Below are positions 12,101-20,920 of a stretch of DNA of 64,000 nucleotides, piece after piece; positions within the stretch are counted from its first letter, which is position 1, and every line of letters begins with the position of its first letter. A program made the position numbers and the translations under genes. The stretch comes from Glaucostegus cemiculus (taxonomy: Eukaryota), in assembly GCA_976551045.1 (NCBI GenBank), contig CDPCPM010000211.1, forward strand, positions 2,666,001 through 2,730,000. The letters are read 5' to 3'. The notes under the pieces were generated by a model. That model saw only the letters and a program-made list of their open reading frames with translations. It was not told where the DNA came from and did not search any database.

Positions 12101-15100
12101 TGCTTCACCTTTCAGATCGTTTGCATGGAAAAAAAATACTGTTTAATCCAACAGTCTTTCATGCTCCTGCCATGTTAATGCCTGTCTTGTCTACTGAGCT
12201 TAATGTAATTGAATTCTGTATGGACTTCCAGCCTCCAATCTGCCTCAACGTTGTGATAGACACCACCCAATTAGCAATCTAGTTTAAGCACTCCCCAGCA
12301 GCACTGGCAAACTGCCTGCCAGAGTATCGGTCCCCCTCCAGTTCAATGCAATCTGTCTCTGTTGTACAGGTCACCTCTTCCCCAGAAGATATCCCAGTGG
12401 TCCAGAAAACTGAATCCTTGCCTCATAAACCAACTCTTCACCTATACATTGATCTGCCATGTGCTCCTGTTCTAACCCTCACAACCATGTGACATAGGGA
12501 GTAATCCAGAGGTTACTATCCCCGAGGTCCTGCTTTTTAACCTCTTTCCTAACTCCCGATATTCTTTCTGCAGGACCTCATCCATTTTCCAACCCATATC
12601 TTTTCTGCCAATATGCACAAGGACTTCTGGCTGCTCACCCTCCCCTTTGAGAATGTTCTGCGATCATTCGGAGACATCCTCGACCCTGGCAACAGGGAAG
12701 CAACACACCATACTGGAGTCTTTTTTGTGGCCACAGAATGACCTGTCGGCTCCTCCAGCTATTAAGTATCCAATCACTATGGTCCTGACTGCCTTCACCC
12801 TTTTCCGCTGAGCCTCAGAGGCAGCCCCGATGTCACAGCCCTGGCGACTGATGCCTTCCCCTGAACAGTCAGCCTCTTCTCTACCCCCTCCCAAATGGTA
12901 TCCAAAACAGCAGACTTGTTTTCAAATGAAGTGGCCACAGGGAAAAACTGTACTCTCTTCCTCCCCCTCGACATTTCTTGTTTTGGGTTCAGTGCCGTCT
13001 ATCTCTGGTGTAGGTGACCGACATGGAGATACTGAGGAAAGTGTGACAGTGGGACGGTGAGGGTACTGCCATGACTCAGGGTGTGGGTGTAATTGGATAC
13101 TGGTGACACCCTGACAACGCAGAATGTGTTAGTCTGATATCAGTCAATTCTGGCAAAGAGTCTCCAGACTGAAATGTTAACTGCTCATCTTCCCACAGAT
13201 GCAGCTGGACCTGATGTGTATTCCCAGCATTTTTACTTTTGGTTTTCGATTGGCAGCATCTGAAGTTTTATTCAGATATTCAGCCATTCCCTGGAGTTTA
13301 ATTCCCTCCTAACCAGCTGGTCAAGTGTTAATTCTCCTGCACTCACCACGTGTCTATATTTATTGCAGACCCAGCATCTGTATCAACTCAGGAACCCAAG
13401 GAAAAATCAACACCTGAACCCAGGGAAAGTTTGTGCATGGTGCCGACACCAGCTGCAAGCTCAGGTATCGGTCGTGGGGATTGCTAAAATGGGCTTTTCC
13501 CCAAAATTTCCATTTACGAGATTCAACCAGAATCAACGAATCTATGGGAGCGAGTGAGGGTAGGAGGGTGGAAGGGTGCAGGGAGGGGGCCGTAGGTTCA
13601 GAGGGAAGAGCAGGGTAGACAGGTACAAGCGAACAGGGACGGGATGAGGAGTCCGATGGTGGGGGAGTGGAGCAGCTCGGGAGGGTTTGAGAGGAGAAGG
13701 CAGTGCGAGAGAAGAGCGGACAAGGAAGGTCCGAGGGGAGTGGAACGGAACAGGATGGTCCGAGGAGAGAGGCGCGAGTGGAGACAGAAGGTTGTGGGAT
13801 GAGCTGTGCAAGGGAAGTGATGTGGATGGACCAAGGTGAGGGTGAGTAAGTGATTTTATTCCTGAAAGTGGCTGCACAGGGTGATTGGGTGGTAAAGATG
13901 GCGAATAGCTTGCTTGTCTTTATTCGTCCAGGTACTGAGTTCAAGGGTAAGGAAGTTATGTTACAGCTTTACAAAACCCTGACCAGGCACATCTGGAGTA
14001 TTGCGTTCAGTGCTGGTCACTCCTTACAGGAAGGACGTGGAGGTCTTAGAGAGGGTTCAGAAGATGATTACTAGGATTCTGCCTGGATTAGAGGGCAAGT
14101 GCAATAGGTAGAGGTTGGATAATTTGGAATGCACTAAAGTGCATACGTTTAAGATAGCGCTGGTGAGAGGAGTAAGTTCAAAGTAGATGTAAGAGGCATT
14201 GTTTTCCACAGTGGTGGGTACCTGTAATGCGCTGCCAGTGTGGCAGAGGAGACAAATCCAATAGAGGCTTTTGACAGGCTCTTGGATAAGCAGATGAATG
14301 TGCAGAGAATTGAGGGATGTGGACTGTGTCGGCAGGAGGAATAGTTTAGTTAGGTGTTTAATTACCAGTTTCATTAGTTCAGCATAACATGATGGGCCGA
14401 AGGGCCAGTTCCTGTAGTGCACTGCTCTATGTTCAATGACGGAGGGAAGTGGGGTCAGTACTGAGGACTGCGGGATGTTGTATCCTGGAGAATTGTACTG
14501 GACTGACTGAGGGAGCGGGAATGAAGACACTCAGCAGAGAGGGTTTTAGTCACCTCCGCGCACACTTTTTGGAAAGATCGAGGTGATTTGGGTGACATGA
14601 CTTAAGTGAGAGGGACAGACCATCCCTGGGGTGAGGGATGAATTGACTGCAGGAGGATGGCGAGGATTGTGATGACGGGGCGGAGGGTGGTGGAAGGAGT
14701 GGTATGAATCCTTATGTGGTGGGGTGTGGGCTGTATTTACCTCCAGGACCAACACTGGCAGCAAATTCCAGGCACCCACCCCTCTCTGTGGGATTCTGAG
14801 GAGACCAACATCGGAGCGTGTTGGCAATTTGTTAGTGTCAGCAGAGGCTGGTTTGGGCCATACTCTGCCGTCCCTAATCAGAAAGAGCAGTATGTTTGTT
14901 TCTTCCATGTTTTCCTCTGCCCACCATGTGTCCCTGCTTTATCACAGATTCATGGTCCGCACCAACTCGTGAACTGAAGGGTAGAGTACATGAAACCACT
15001 GAGAATTTGGGCACAACTCTGTCACCAGCTAAATGCTCAAGTGTTGGTTGTAGGGCTTGTTGAAACAGTCTCACCCAAATCTTTATGCTGGAACTTTAAC

Positions 15101-18100
15101 GGGACTGAGGTGTATGTGGTGGAGGTAAATGGGTGGATTGACAGAGGGAAAGGAATGTGGGTGTGGAAATGACAAAGAAGTGGAGGGTTGTGGAGACGGA
15201 TTTGAATGATTTGGGAATGATGGATGGAGATATTGCTTGATGGGGATGGACACCAACGACCGAGGGGAAGGGAGTTAGGCATGGACTGTATTCGATGACT
15301 GTGTCTTGTTTGCAGTGTGAGGTTAGACACCAGTTGCATATGAGTATAATCCTGGACGGATGTCTCCTGTTCTCTGAAGTCAATTTCTACGCTGAACAAT
15401 TGCTCAATTTGATTTTAATCTCGAACATTTCCCCACCCACTCTTTTATCCATAGACCCGATCGTCCACTTTCTGAAGTCCTGTCCCAGCCTAATGACCTA
15501 TTCCCGTGTTTTCACTCACGTATTTCTGTTCCTTCATTCTAGACATGGAGAATTCCACACGGGAGTTCTCTGGAAAGGGTGTTGCATTTCCCTGCCTTAG
15601 ACCGAGACTGGCCCAGGACACCATGTGGCGATAGGTCTGCAGAGAGTGGAGGAGGACTGGGTCCTGGTCGTTGGTGGCCGGTGGGTGGGTGGGTTTATAC
15701 TGACTGCAGGAAAGATATATAAAACTCTATGCAACATGTTGAGCACAACATACAAAACGTGCTGGAGGAACTCAGCAGGTCAGGCAGCATATACGGAGAG
15801 AAATAATCTGTCAACGTTTCAGGTCAGGACCCTTCATCAGGACAGGAAATGAAGATGCAGAAGCCTGAATAACAAGGTCGGTGGAGGGGCAAGAGCACAG
15901 AGTGGCAGGTTGTAGGTGAGTGCAGGTGAGAGTGGCAAGGTCAGATGGTGGGGAGGGGAGATTTAAGAAGCTAAGAGGTGATATGTAGAAGAGGCAAAGG
16001 GCTGAAGAAGGGGTCTGACTGGAGAGGGCGGTGGACCATGGAATAGACAGAAGTAGTTGGGGAATAGATGGGCAGGACATGAGTGCGAATAAAGGACAAA
16101 GATAGGGGAGGGGCCACAGGAATGAGGGAAGACGAAGGCGGAGGTTAAAAGGAGGAGGAGAGGAGGGGAGTGGTCACCGTAAGTTAGAAAAATCGATGTT
16201 GAGGCAATCAGGCTGAAGACTTCCGAGGTAGAGTACCCTCCAACCTACATCTGGCCTCAACGTCGCAGTAGAGGGGTAGATGGATGGACGTGTCGGTGTG
16301 GTAGTGGGATGTTGGATTGAAGTGACTGGCCGCCGGGACATCCTAGCTTTGCAGCGGACGGAGCAAAGATGCTCGACGAAGAGGTCACCCAATCTGCGTC
16401 GGGTCTCACCGATGCAGAGGAGGCTGCACCGGGTGCACCGGATGCAATAAGTAAAGTGAGACTCGACGCAGACTGGGTGACCGCTTCGTCGAGATTTTTT
16501 GCATCACTTCCCCACACCACCTTTGACTCACCTCAGTCCTGTGGCCCCTCCCCTTCCTTTCCCCTTCCCCTGCCCTCATGACCTGCCCATGTATTTCCCA
16601 CCTCATTCCTTCTGTTCCACGGTCCACTGTCCTCTCCAATCAGATCCCTTCTTCTTCAGCCCTTTGCCTCTTCCATATCACCTCTCAGCTTCTTAAATCT
16701 CCCCCTCCCCCACACCCCTACCTCCAATTTCTCAGCTGGACTGACCTATCACCTTCCATCCTGTGTTTCTCCCCTTCCCCGACCTTCATATTCCGGCTTC
16801 TGCCCTCTTCCTCTCCAGTCCTGATGAAGGATCTCAGCCCGAAACGACAACTGTTTATTTTCTGCCATGGATGTTGCCTGAACTGGTGAGTTCCACCAGT
16901 ATTCTGTGCTGTTGCTCCAGATTCCAGCATCTGCAGCATCCCTTGTGTCTCCAGGTAACAATGAGGGGCATTAATGGGGTAGACTGTTGAGAGATGTCCA
17001 CTGATCAGATTTAGAGGGGAAGTGACGGGGGAGCATTTTCACCCTGAGAGCAGTGAATGCCTGGAATGGCCTCCTTGGCCGGAGTGGGTGGTGGGGCAGA
17101 GACACCGGCAGCATCTGAGAAGTGTGTCGACAAGCACTTCAATCACCTCAACATGGAACCCACCGGCCAAGTGCAGAAAAGGAGATAAAATGAATACAGA
17201 CGGGTGGAATTATTCTCCAGCTGATGATGCGTACATCTCTGAGCCGAGGTTGGACATTCCATTCCCACAGAATCCCAGGAAACATACACACACTGTCCTT
17301 GTTTCAGGTGAAGTCTCCGGAACCGCTCCAGGAACCAGCGACATGCGGTCAACTCCCGATGAACCTCCCGAATCCCAGTCTAATTCCGATGAAGGTGAGG
17401 ACACTGCAGCAGTCTATCTGTCAAAAGAGGTTGAGTCCGTCCTTCATGGGTGATGTGCAACATGAACGTCAGTGCCGACCCTGTCATTGTGGGAGGCCGG
17501 CAGGTCTGTGCAGGGAAGGCCGGTGTCCCTGCATCCCATTCCCTCCTATCTCAGTAGGAGAACTGGGTGACCTTATGGAGGTGTACAACATGGACAGGTG
17601 AATGCACGCGGCCCTTTCCCCATGGAAATGAATCAAAACTACAGGACATAGGTTTAAGGTGAGAGGGGAAAGATTTAAAAGGGACCTGGGAGGTAAGATT
17701 TTCATGCAGAGAATGATGAGAACATGGAGCAGGCTGCCAAAGGAAGGTGCAGTAACAACATTTAAAACACAGCTGAACAGGTCCATGGACAGGAAAGGGT
17801 TAGAGGGTTATGGGCCAAACGTGGATAAATGGGACTGGTTTCCATGGACATCTTGGCCGCATCACTCTCACTCTCCACCACTCCCATTGCCCCACTCACA
17901 CCCTTTCCTTCCATTCCCACTGCCTCGCTCTCTCTCTCTCACACACAGCACAGAAGCTGACCCCATGGCCCATCAGGTCCCTGCTGGCTTTAAAGTAGCG
18001 TTCTAACACCGCTGCTTCCCCGTTCCCCCCTCCCTTGCCTTCCCATCCCTCGCCCTCCCCTCCCTTGCCTTCCCATCCCACGCCCTCCCCTCCCTTGCCT

Positions 18101-19404
18101 TCCCATCCCACGCCCTCCCCTCCCTTGCCAGCCATCAGTCTCCCTCATCTTCTTCACCTTTCCCCTGCACTTCCCTCACCCTGGTCCCTCACTTCCTCGC
18201 TCCTCCACCACTCCCACAACCTCCCCCCTCCTCTCCCATCCCTGCCACACCTTCCCTGTCAACACTCCATCTCCACCTCCGCTCTCTTCGCTTCTCACTT
18301 CATCAGCCCTCACTCTCCTCACCACACTTCGTAATCCCTCCCTCGCTCTCCTGTCCCGCCCTGTCCCTCCCTCGCTCTCTACCTCTCTGACTCTCTGCAG
18401 ATGTCCATGTCTGTATTTGCAATGAGAGGAAAATATAATGTGAGTAGAAGAGAACTGTTGGGTAAGATAGGGGACGAGGGGTGAGAGACTATGGGTAATG
18501 CAGCCTCCGTTGGAAATGAGGCACCGTGGAACACATCCCATGAGCAGCGCTCGGCTTCACCCTGATCTGCTTGTTGTCGTTGTCCTGGTGTGTTCAGGTG
18601 AAGACTACCGGAAGATTCAAGTGAAGGTGACTTCGTTGGGAGACATAAGTGAGGAAGAACTGAAGGAGGCCGTGCGTGCAAAGGTGAGAGGTTAAACTGT
18701 GCACAACAGGGTGGAGGGGAGGGAATTCTGGTGTTGTCACGTCTCCCTCTCACTGTCCGTCCTCACTGAGATGTACAGGGTGGAGGGAAGGAGGGAGGGA
18801 CATACGGACACATCCCTCTCTCACTATCTGTCCTCACTGAGGTGTACGAGGTGGGGGGAGGGAGGGACTTGGGTACATATTCTCCTCTCACTGTTTGTCC
18901 TCACTGAGATGTACGGGGTGGGGGAAAGGAGGGAGGGACACCGGGACAGATTTCAGTCCATTTGCCTATCCCTGTCCCTCTGTCCATCTTCCCATTCCTG
19001 CCGAACCCTCCCCTCATCCTCTCTCAATCCCGTCTCGCAGTTTCCTCTCCCTTCGCCCCGTTTCCTCGACCAGTCTCTCTGTACCCCCTCTCCCGCCCGT
19101 CTCTGGTCTCTGACCCACTGCCCATGTGCCTCTTGGTCTGCTGTTTCTTTCCTCTCTGTCTGTTTCTCTGTCTCCCTCTTCCCGTCTCTGCAGCTGCTCC
19201 CAATCAATCTCTTCGCTCTGTTTCTGATGTTCCCACCCCCCACCCCCCGACACTCTCTCACAGCCCCACTCCTTTCGTTCCCTCCTCATGCAGTTTCTCA
19301 CATTCTCTCCTCTCTGGGAACAGCTCCAGGTGATGTTTGGTGATCCGGACCCACAGATCGAGCTGGGGCAATGCTCAGCCGACACTCCAGAGGACAGACA
19401 GTGA
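62..19404 (+). CDS. Spliced gene, 5'-truncated by the window edge: uromodulin/GP2-like protein with tandem D8C(D10C) domains, mucin-like linker and small C-terminal domain. Predicted exons 62-138, 2626-2823, 8426-8449, 8523-8670, 9310-9386, 10215-10379, 13369-13464, 14948-15040, 17308-17394, 18598-18683, 19324-19404
   Basis: Each exon is bounded by AG/GT with compatible phases (2/1, 1/1, 1/1, 1/2, 2/1, 1/1, 1/1, 1/1, 1/1, 1/0, 0/stop). Translation gives UMOD D8C hallmarks DPC..LD.HWRS..GWYRF, GG..IPET.VP...C....GWL.G.HP...EGEV.R.VCF and KNC..YFVY.LKPT....YCT. Confidence 0.75.
684..1910 (-). mobile_element. Two adjacent Rex1/Babar-type LINE fragments (approx. 684-1213 and 1214-1910)
   Basis: Minus-strand peptides LINKLQTLGL...RPQSVQI...STGASQGC and RKKPQRVVESASSITGKTLPTIED; both fragments start with a similar cagaatcag.tt(t)att 3' end. 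Confidence 0.7.
2626..2823 (+). CDS. D8C copy 1, last exon (GAHPTTTEGEVTRRVYF...KIKNCTDYFVYQLKPTPSDGAVYCT)
   Basis: cttatcccAG acceptor, GTATGT donor; contained in ORF 2478-3044; homologous to 10215-10379 with 33 extra nt. Confidence 0.88.
3030..6010 (-). mobile_element. Several decayed CR1-type LINE fragments (approx. 3030-3300, 3680-4400, 5600-6010)
   Basis: CAQFWSQHHKKDV and SKTRGLRFQLRSTSFRGDLRRIFS-type motifs. Confidence 0.6.
4870..5140 (+). mobile_element. Rex1/Babar-type LINE 3' fragment
   Basis: DLTHPGHSLFSPLPSGQKYKSLKASDTRLKNIFYP, typical of the RT C-terminus of this clade. Confidence 0.65.
6870..7080 (+). mobile_element. Decayed HE1/V-type SINE
   Basis: ctgtgtgga...catgttctcc.tgt.actgcgtg core, similar to the SINE at 60975. 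Confidence 0.5.
7150..8330 (+). mobile_element. CR1 RT 3' fragments, interrupted at approx. 7235-7470 by a palindromic Penelope-derived element
   Basis: ISKFADDTKI motif; CR1 resumes after the insert with (R)IQGDIDLLVNLVEKWQIQFN. Confidence 0.7.
8426..8449 (+). CDS. Candidate 24-nt linker microexon (ESTDELSG)
   Basis: cttgtatttcAG acceptor, GTGGGA donor, phase 1/1, 73-nt intron to the next exon. Confidence 0.45.
8523..8670 (+). CDS. D8C copy 2, first exon (AADSALSDPCVTHAVLDQHWRSTDCSNTGCTGGQSMQDESRTEGWYRFK)
   Basis: tttgtacctcAG acceptor, GTACGT donor; DPC...WRS...GWYRF motif. Confidence 0.88.
8745..9117. repeat. Intronic minisatellite, 48-bp unit (GGGAGACTGGGATCATCAGTCACAGTGATGGGACAAGGAGTGGGTACA), about 7-8 copies, one 42-bp variant
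   Basis: Directly visible; 16-aa periodicity in ORFs 8698-9108 and 8705-9076. Confidence 0.95.
9310..9386 (+). CDS. D8C copy 2, middle exon (SGGWRIPETSVPVYHCSGLSPGWLN-G)
   Basis: ttctttcAG / GTAGGG; 77 nt; phase 2/1. Confidence 0.88.
10215..10379 (+). CDS. D8C copy 2, last exon (GLHPSVGEGEVTRTVCFTWDGQSCHRNREIKVKNCGAYFVYWLKPTTCCNMVYCT)
   Basis: ctcattctAG / GTAGGT; lies within ORF 10193-10429. Confidence 0.9.
11960..12960 (-). mobile_element. CR1 5' fragment with ORF1 SGNH/esterase region
   Basis: IVIGYLIAGGADRSFCGHKKDSSMVCCFPVARVEDVSE, homologous to the ORF1 at 41430-41642. Confidence 0.8.
13369..13464 (+). CDS. S/T/P/E-rich linker exon (DPASVSTQEPKEKSTPEPRESLCMVPTPAASS)
   Basis: tttattgcAG / GTATCG, 96 nt, phase 1/1; completes the YCT-DP junction typical of UMOD-like domains. 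Confidence 0.7.
13860..14440 (+). mobile_element. CR1 3' fragment
   Basis: LKVAAQGDWVVKMA...EFKGKEVMLQLYKTL; ends in the GGGCCGAAGGGCC...TGTAG 3'UTR. Confidence 0.75.
14948..15040 (+). CDS. Duplicated linker exon (DSWSAPTRELKGRVHETTENLGTTLSPAKCS)
   Basis: tttatcacAG acceptor; exon and flanks align to 13369-13464; weak donor A|GTGTTG. Confidence 0.5.
15740..16950. mobile_element. Penelope-like element 3' ends in inverted arrangement: minus copy approx. 15740-16455 with GIY-YIG endonuclease remnant, plus copy approx. 16455-16950
   Basis: Minus translation YCIRCTRCSLLCIGETRRRLGDLFVEHLCSV...LYLGSLQPDCLNIDFSNLR; both arms end in the CTGATGA..GAAAC-containing terminal repeat. Confidence 0.8.
15808..15845 (-). 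ncRNA. Minimal type I hammerhead ribozyme motif (Penelope-associated)
   Basis: Minus strand reads CTGTC-CTGATGA-AGG-GTCCTGA-CCT-GAAAC-GTT-GACAG: stem I CTGTC/GACAG, stem II AGG/CCT, intact core, short AC/GT stem III, NUH = GUU. Confidence 0.7.
17308..17394 (+). CDS. Acidic S/T/P linker exon (GEVSGTAPGTSDMRSTPDEPPESQSNSDE)
   Basis: ccttgtttcAG / GTGAGG, 87 nt, phase 1/1. Confidence 0.7.
18024..18130. repeat. Pyrimidine-rich 30-bp tandem repeat (CCTCCCCTCCCTTGCCTTCCCATCCCACGC), about 3.5 copies
   Basis: Directly visible. Confidence 0.9.
18598..18683 (+). CDS. C-terminal module exon 1 (GEDYRKIQVKVTSLGDISEEELKEAVRAK)
   Basis: gtgtgttcAG / GTGAGA, phase 1/0; beta-strand followed by amphipathic helix pattern. 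Confidence 0.65.
19324..19404 (+). CDS. Candidate terminal coding exon (LQVMFGDPDPQIELGQCSADTPEDRQ*)
   Basis: Long polypyrimidine tract then aacAG, phase 0, TGA at 19402-19404; no clear AATAAA found downstream. Confidence 0.5.
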   Translation, partial: LQVMFGDPDPQIELGQCSADTPEDRQ

Positions 19405-19869
19405 CTGACCTATCAACATGCTGGAGCTTGCAATCCCTTCCGCTGACCCTCACAGTCTGGCTGGATGCAGCTTTTGCTTGACACTAGCTTTGCTTAAGCT
19501 AAGAGTGCTGCCCACAAAGAGTTAATCGTGGGTGAGACCCGCGCCGTTGCTGCACTGCTGCAGATTCTCTGTGTGCTGCAGGGTGCAGCTTTTTGATGTT
19601 TAACGTTGAGCTGAGTACAATCCCATCACTGAGTAGTGACCACAGGCCTGTTGAACTGAGAGTGACCCTCAGCAGGAGCAGATCTCCCTCTGATCAGAAG
19701 CTTCGTCGCACTCCTTCCACAGTGTTCGACTGTCCTATAAACTCTGATAACACAGACACCCCTCACTGCAGGACCGCTCTGGGGAGGGGTAGACCCTTGG
19801 GAGTTACTAGAATGGGATAATGATTATGGGCTTTGCTGAATCAACTTGATCAACTGAATCAAACAATTT

Positions 19870-20920
19870 GCTGAACTGTTTGACAAGGTCCCACAGGGGA
19901 TGCTCCTTCAGAAGATTAAAATGCATGGATCCGTGGTGAATTGGCTAGTTGGATTCAAACTTGGCTTGCCATAGGAGACTGAGGGTAGTGGACAATGTGA
20001 GTATCTGGCTGGAGACTAGTAACGAGTGGTGTTCTGCTGGGATCCGCACTGGGACTTCTGCTGTTTGTGACATATGTACATGACCTGGCTGAAAACGTAG
20101 ATGCGTGGGTTAATAAGTTTGCAGAAGATATGAAAATTAGTGGTTGTATAGATAAGGTAGAAGACTGGCAAAGGATAGAGTGGCTGTGGCTACAACAGAT
20201 ATGGGCAGAGAAATGCAGATGGAGTTTAACCTGGCCAAATGTGAAATGTTACACTTTGTGCACTGAAATGTAAAGGGACAGAACACTGTTAATGGCAGGA
20301 CTCCTAACAGTGTTGATGTGCAGAGGGGTCTTGGGGACCATGTCTATAGCTCTCTGAAATTCGCTGCACAGGATGACAGGGTCGTAAAGAAGGCATAAAG
20401 CATGTTTGTCTTTATTAGTTGAGGCATTGAGTTCAAGACCCAGGAAGTTATGTTGAAGATTTATAAACTCAAGTTAGTCCACATCTGGAGTGTTGCATTC
20501 AATTCTGGTCGCCCCATTATAGGAAAGACGTGGAGGCTTTGGAGGGGGTGTAGGAGATGTTCACCAAGATGCTGCCTGGATTGGAGAACATGTGTTATAA
20601 GGAGAGGCTGGACACATTTGGGTTTACTCTGGAGCGCCGGTGTCTGAGGGGAGACCTGACAGAGGTTAACAGTATATTTTACCCAGAATTGAATTATCTA
20701 ATACCAGAGGGCATGCATTTACGGTGATGGGGTGGGGGACTGTAGATAATGATCGGGGACTTCGACAGGCTCGTAGATAGGCACATGAATGTGCAGTGAA
20801 TGGAGGGACATGAACATTGTGTATGCAGAAGGGGTTCGTGTAGTTGGGCATTTGATGACACATTTAATTAGTTCAGCACAACACCACGGGCCTGTGCTGT
20901 ACTGTTCTCTGTTTCAACTT
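19870..20920 (+). mobile_element. CR1 RT 3' half, decayed
   Basis: FDKVPQG, WVNKFAEDMKI and EVMLKIYK motifs; CR1-type 3'UTR. Confidence 0.8.

Noticed and set aside
13360-13944. 194-aa Pro/Ser-rich minus ORF and similar ORFs at 18.0-19.4 kb
   Set aside because: Products of purine/pyrimidine-skewed low-complexity intronic DNA.
18401-18461. Exon-like unit (ctctgcAG...G|GTAAGA; MSMSVFAMRGKYNVSRRELL)
   Set aside because: Open only from phase 0, but the preceding exon ends in phase 1, which gives an in-frame TAA; no bridging exon was found.
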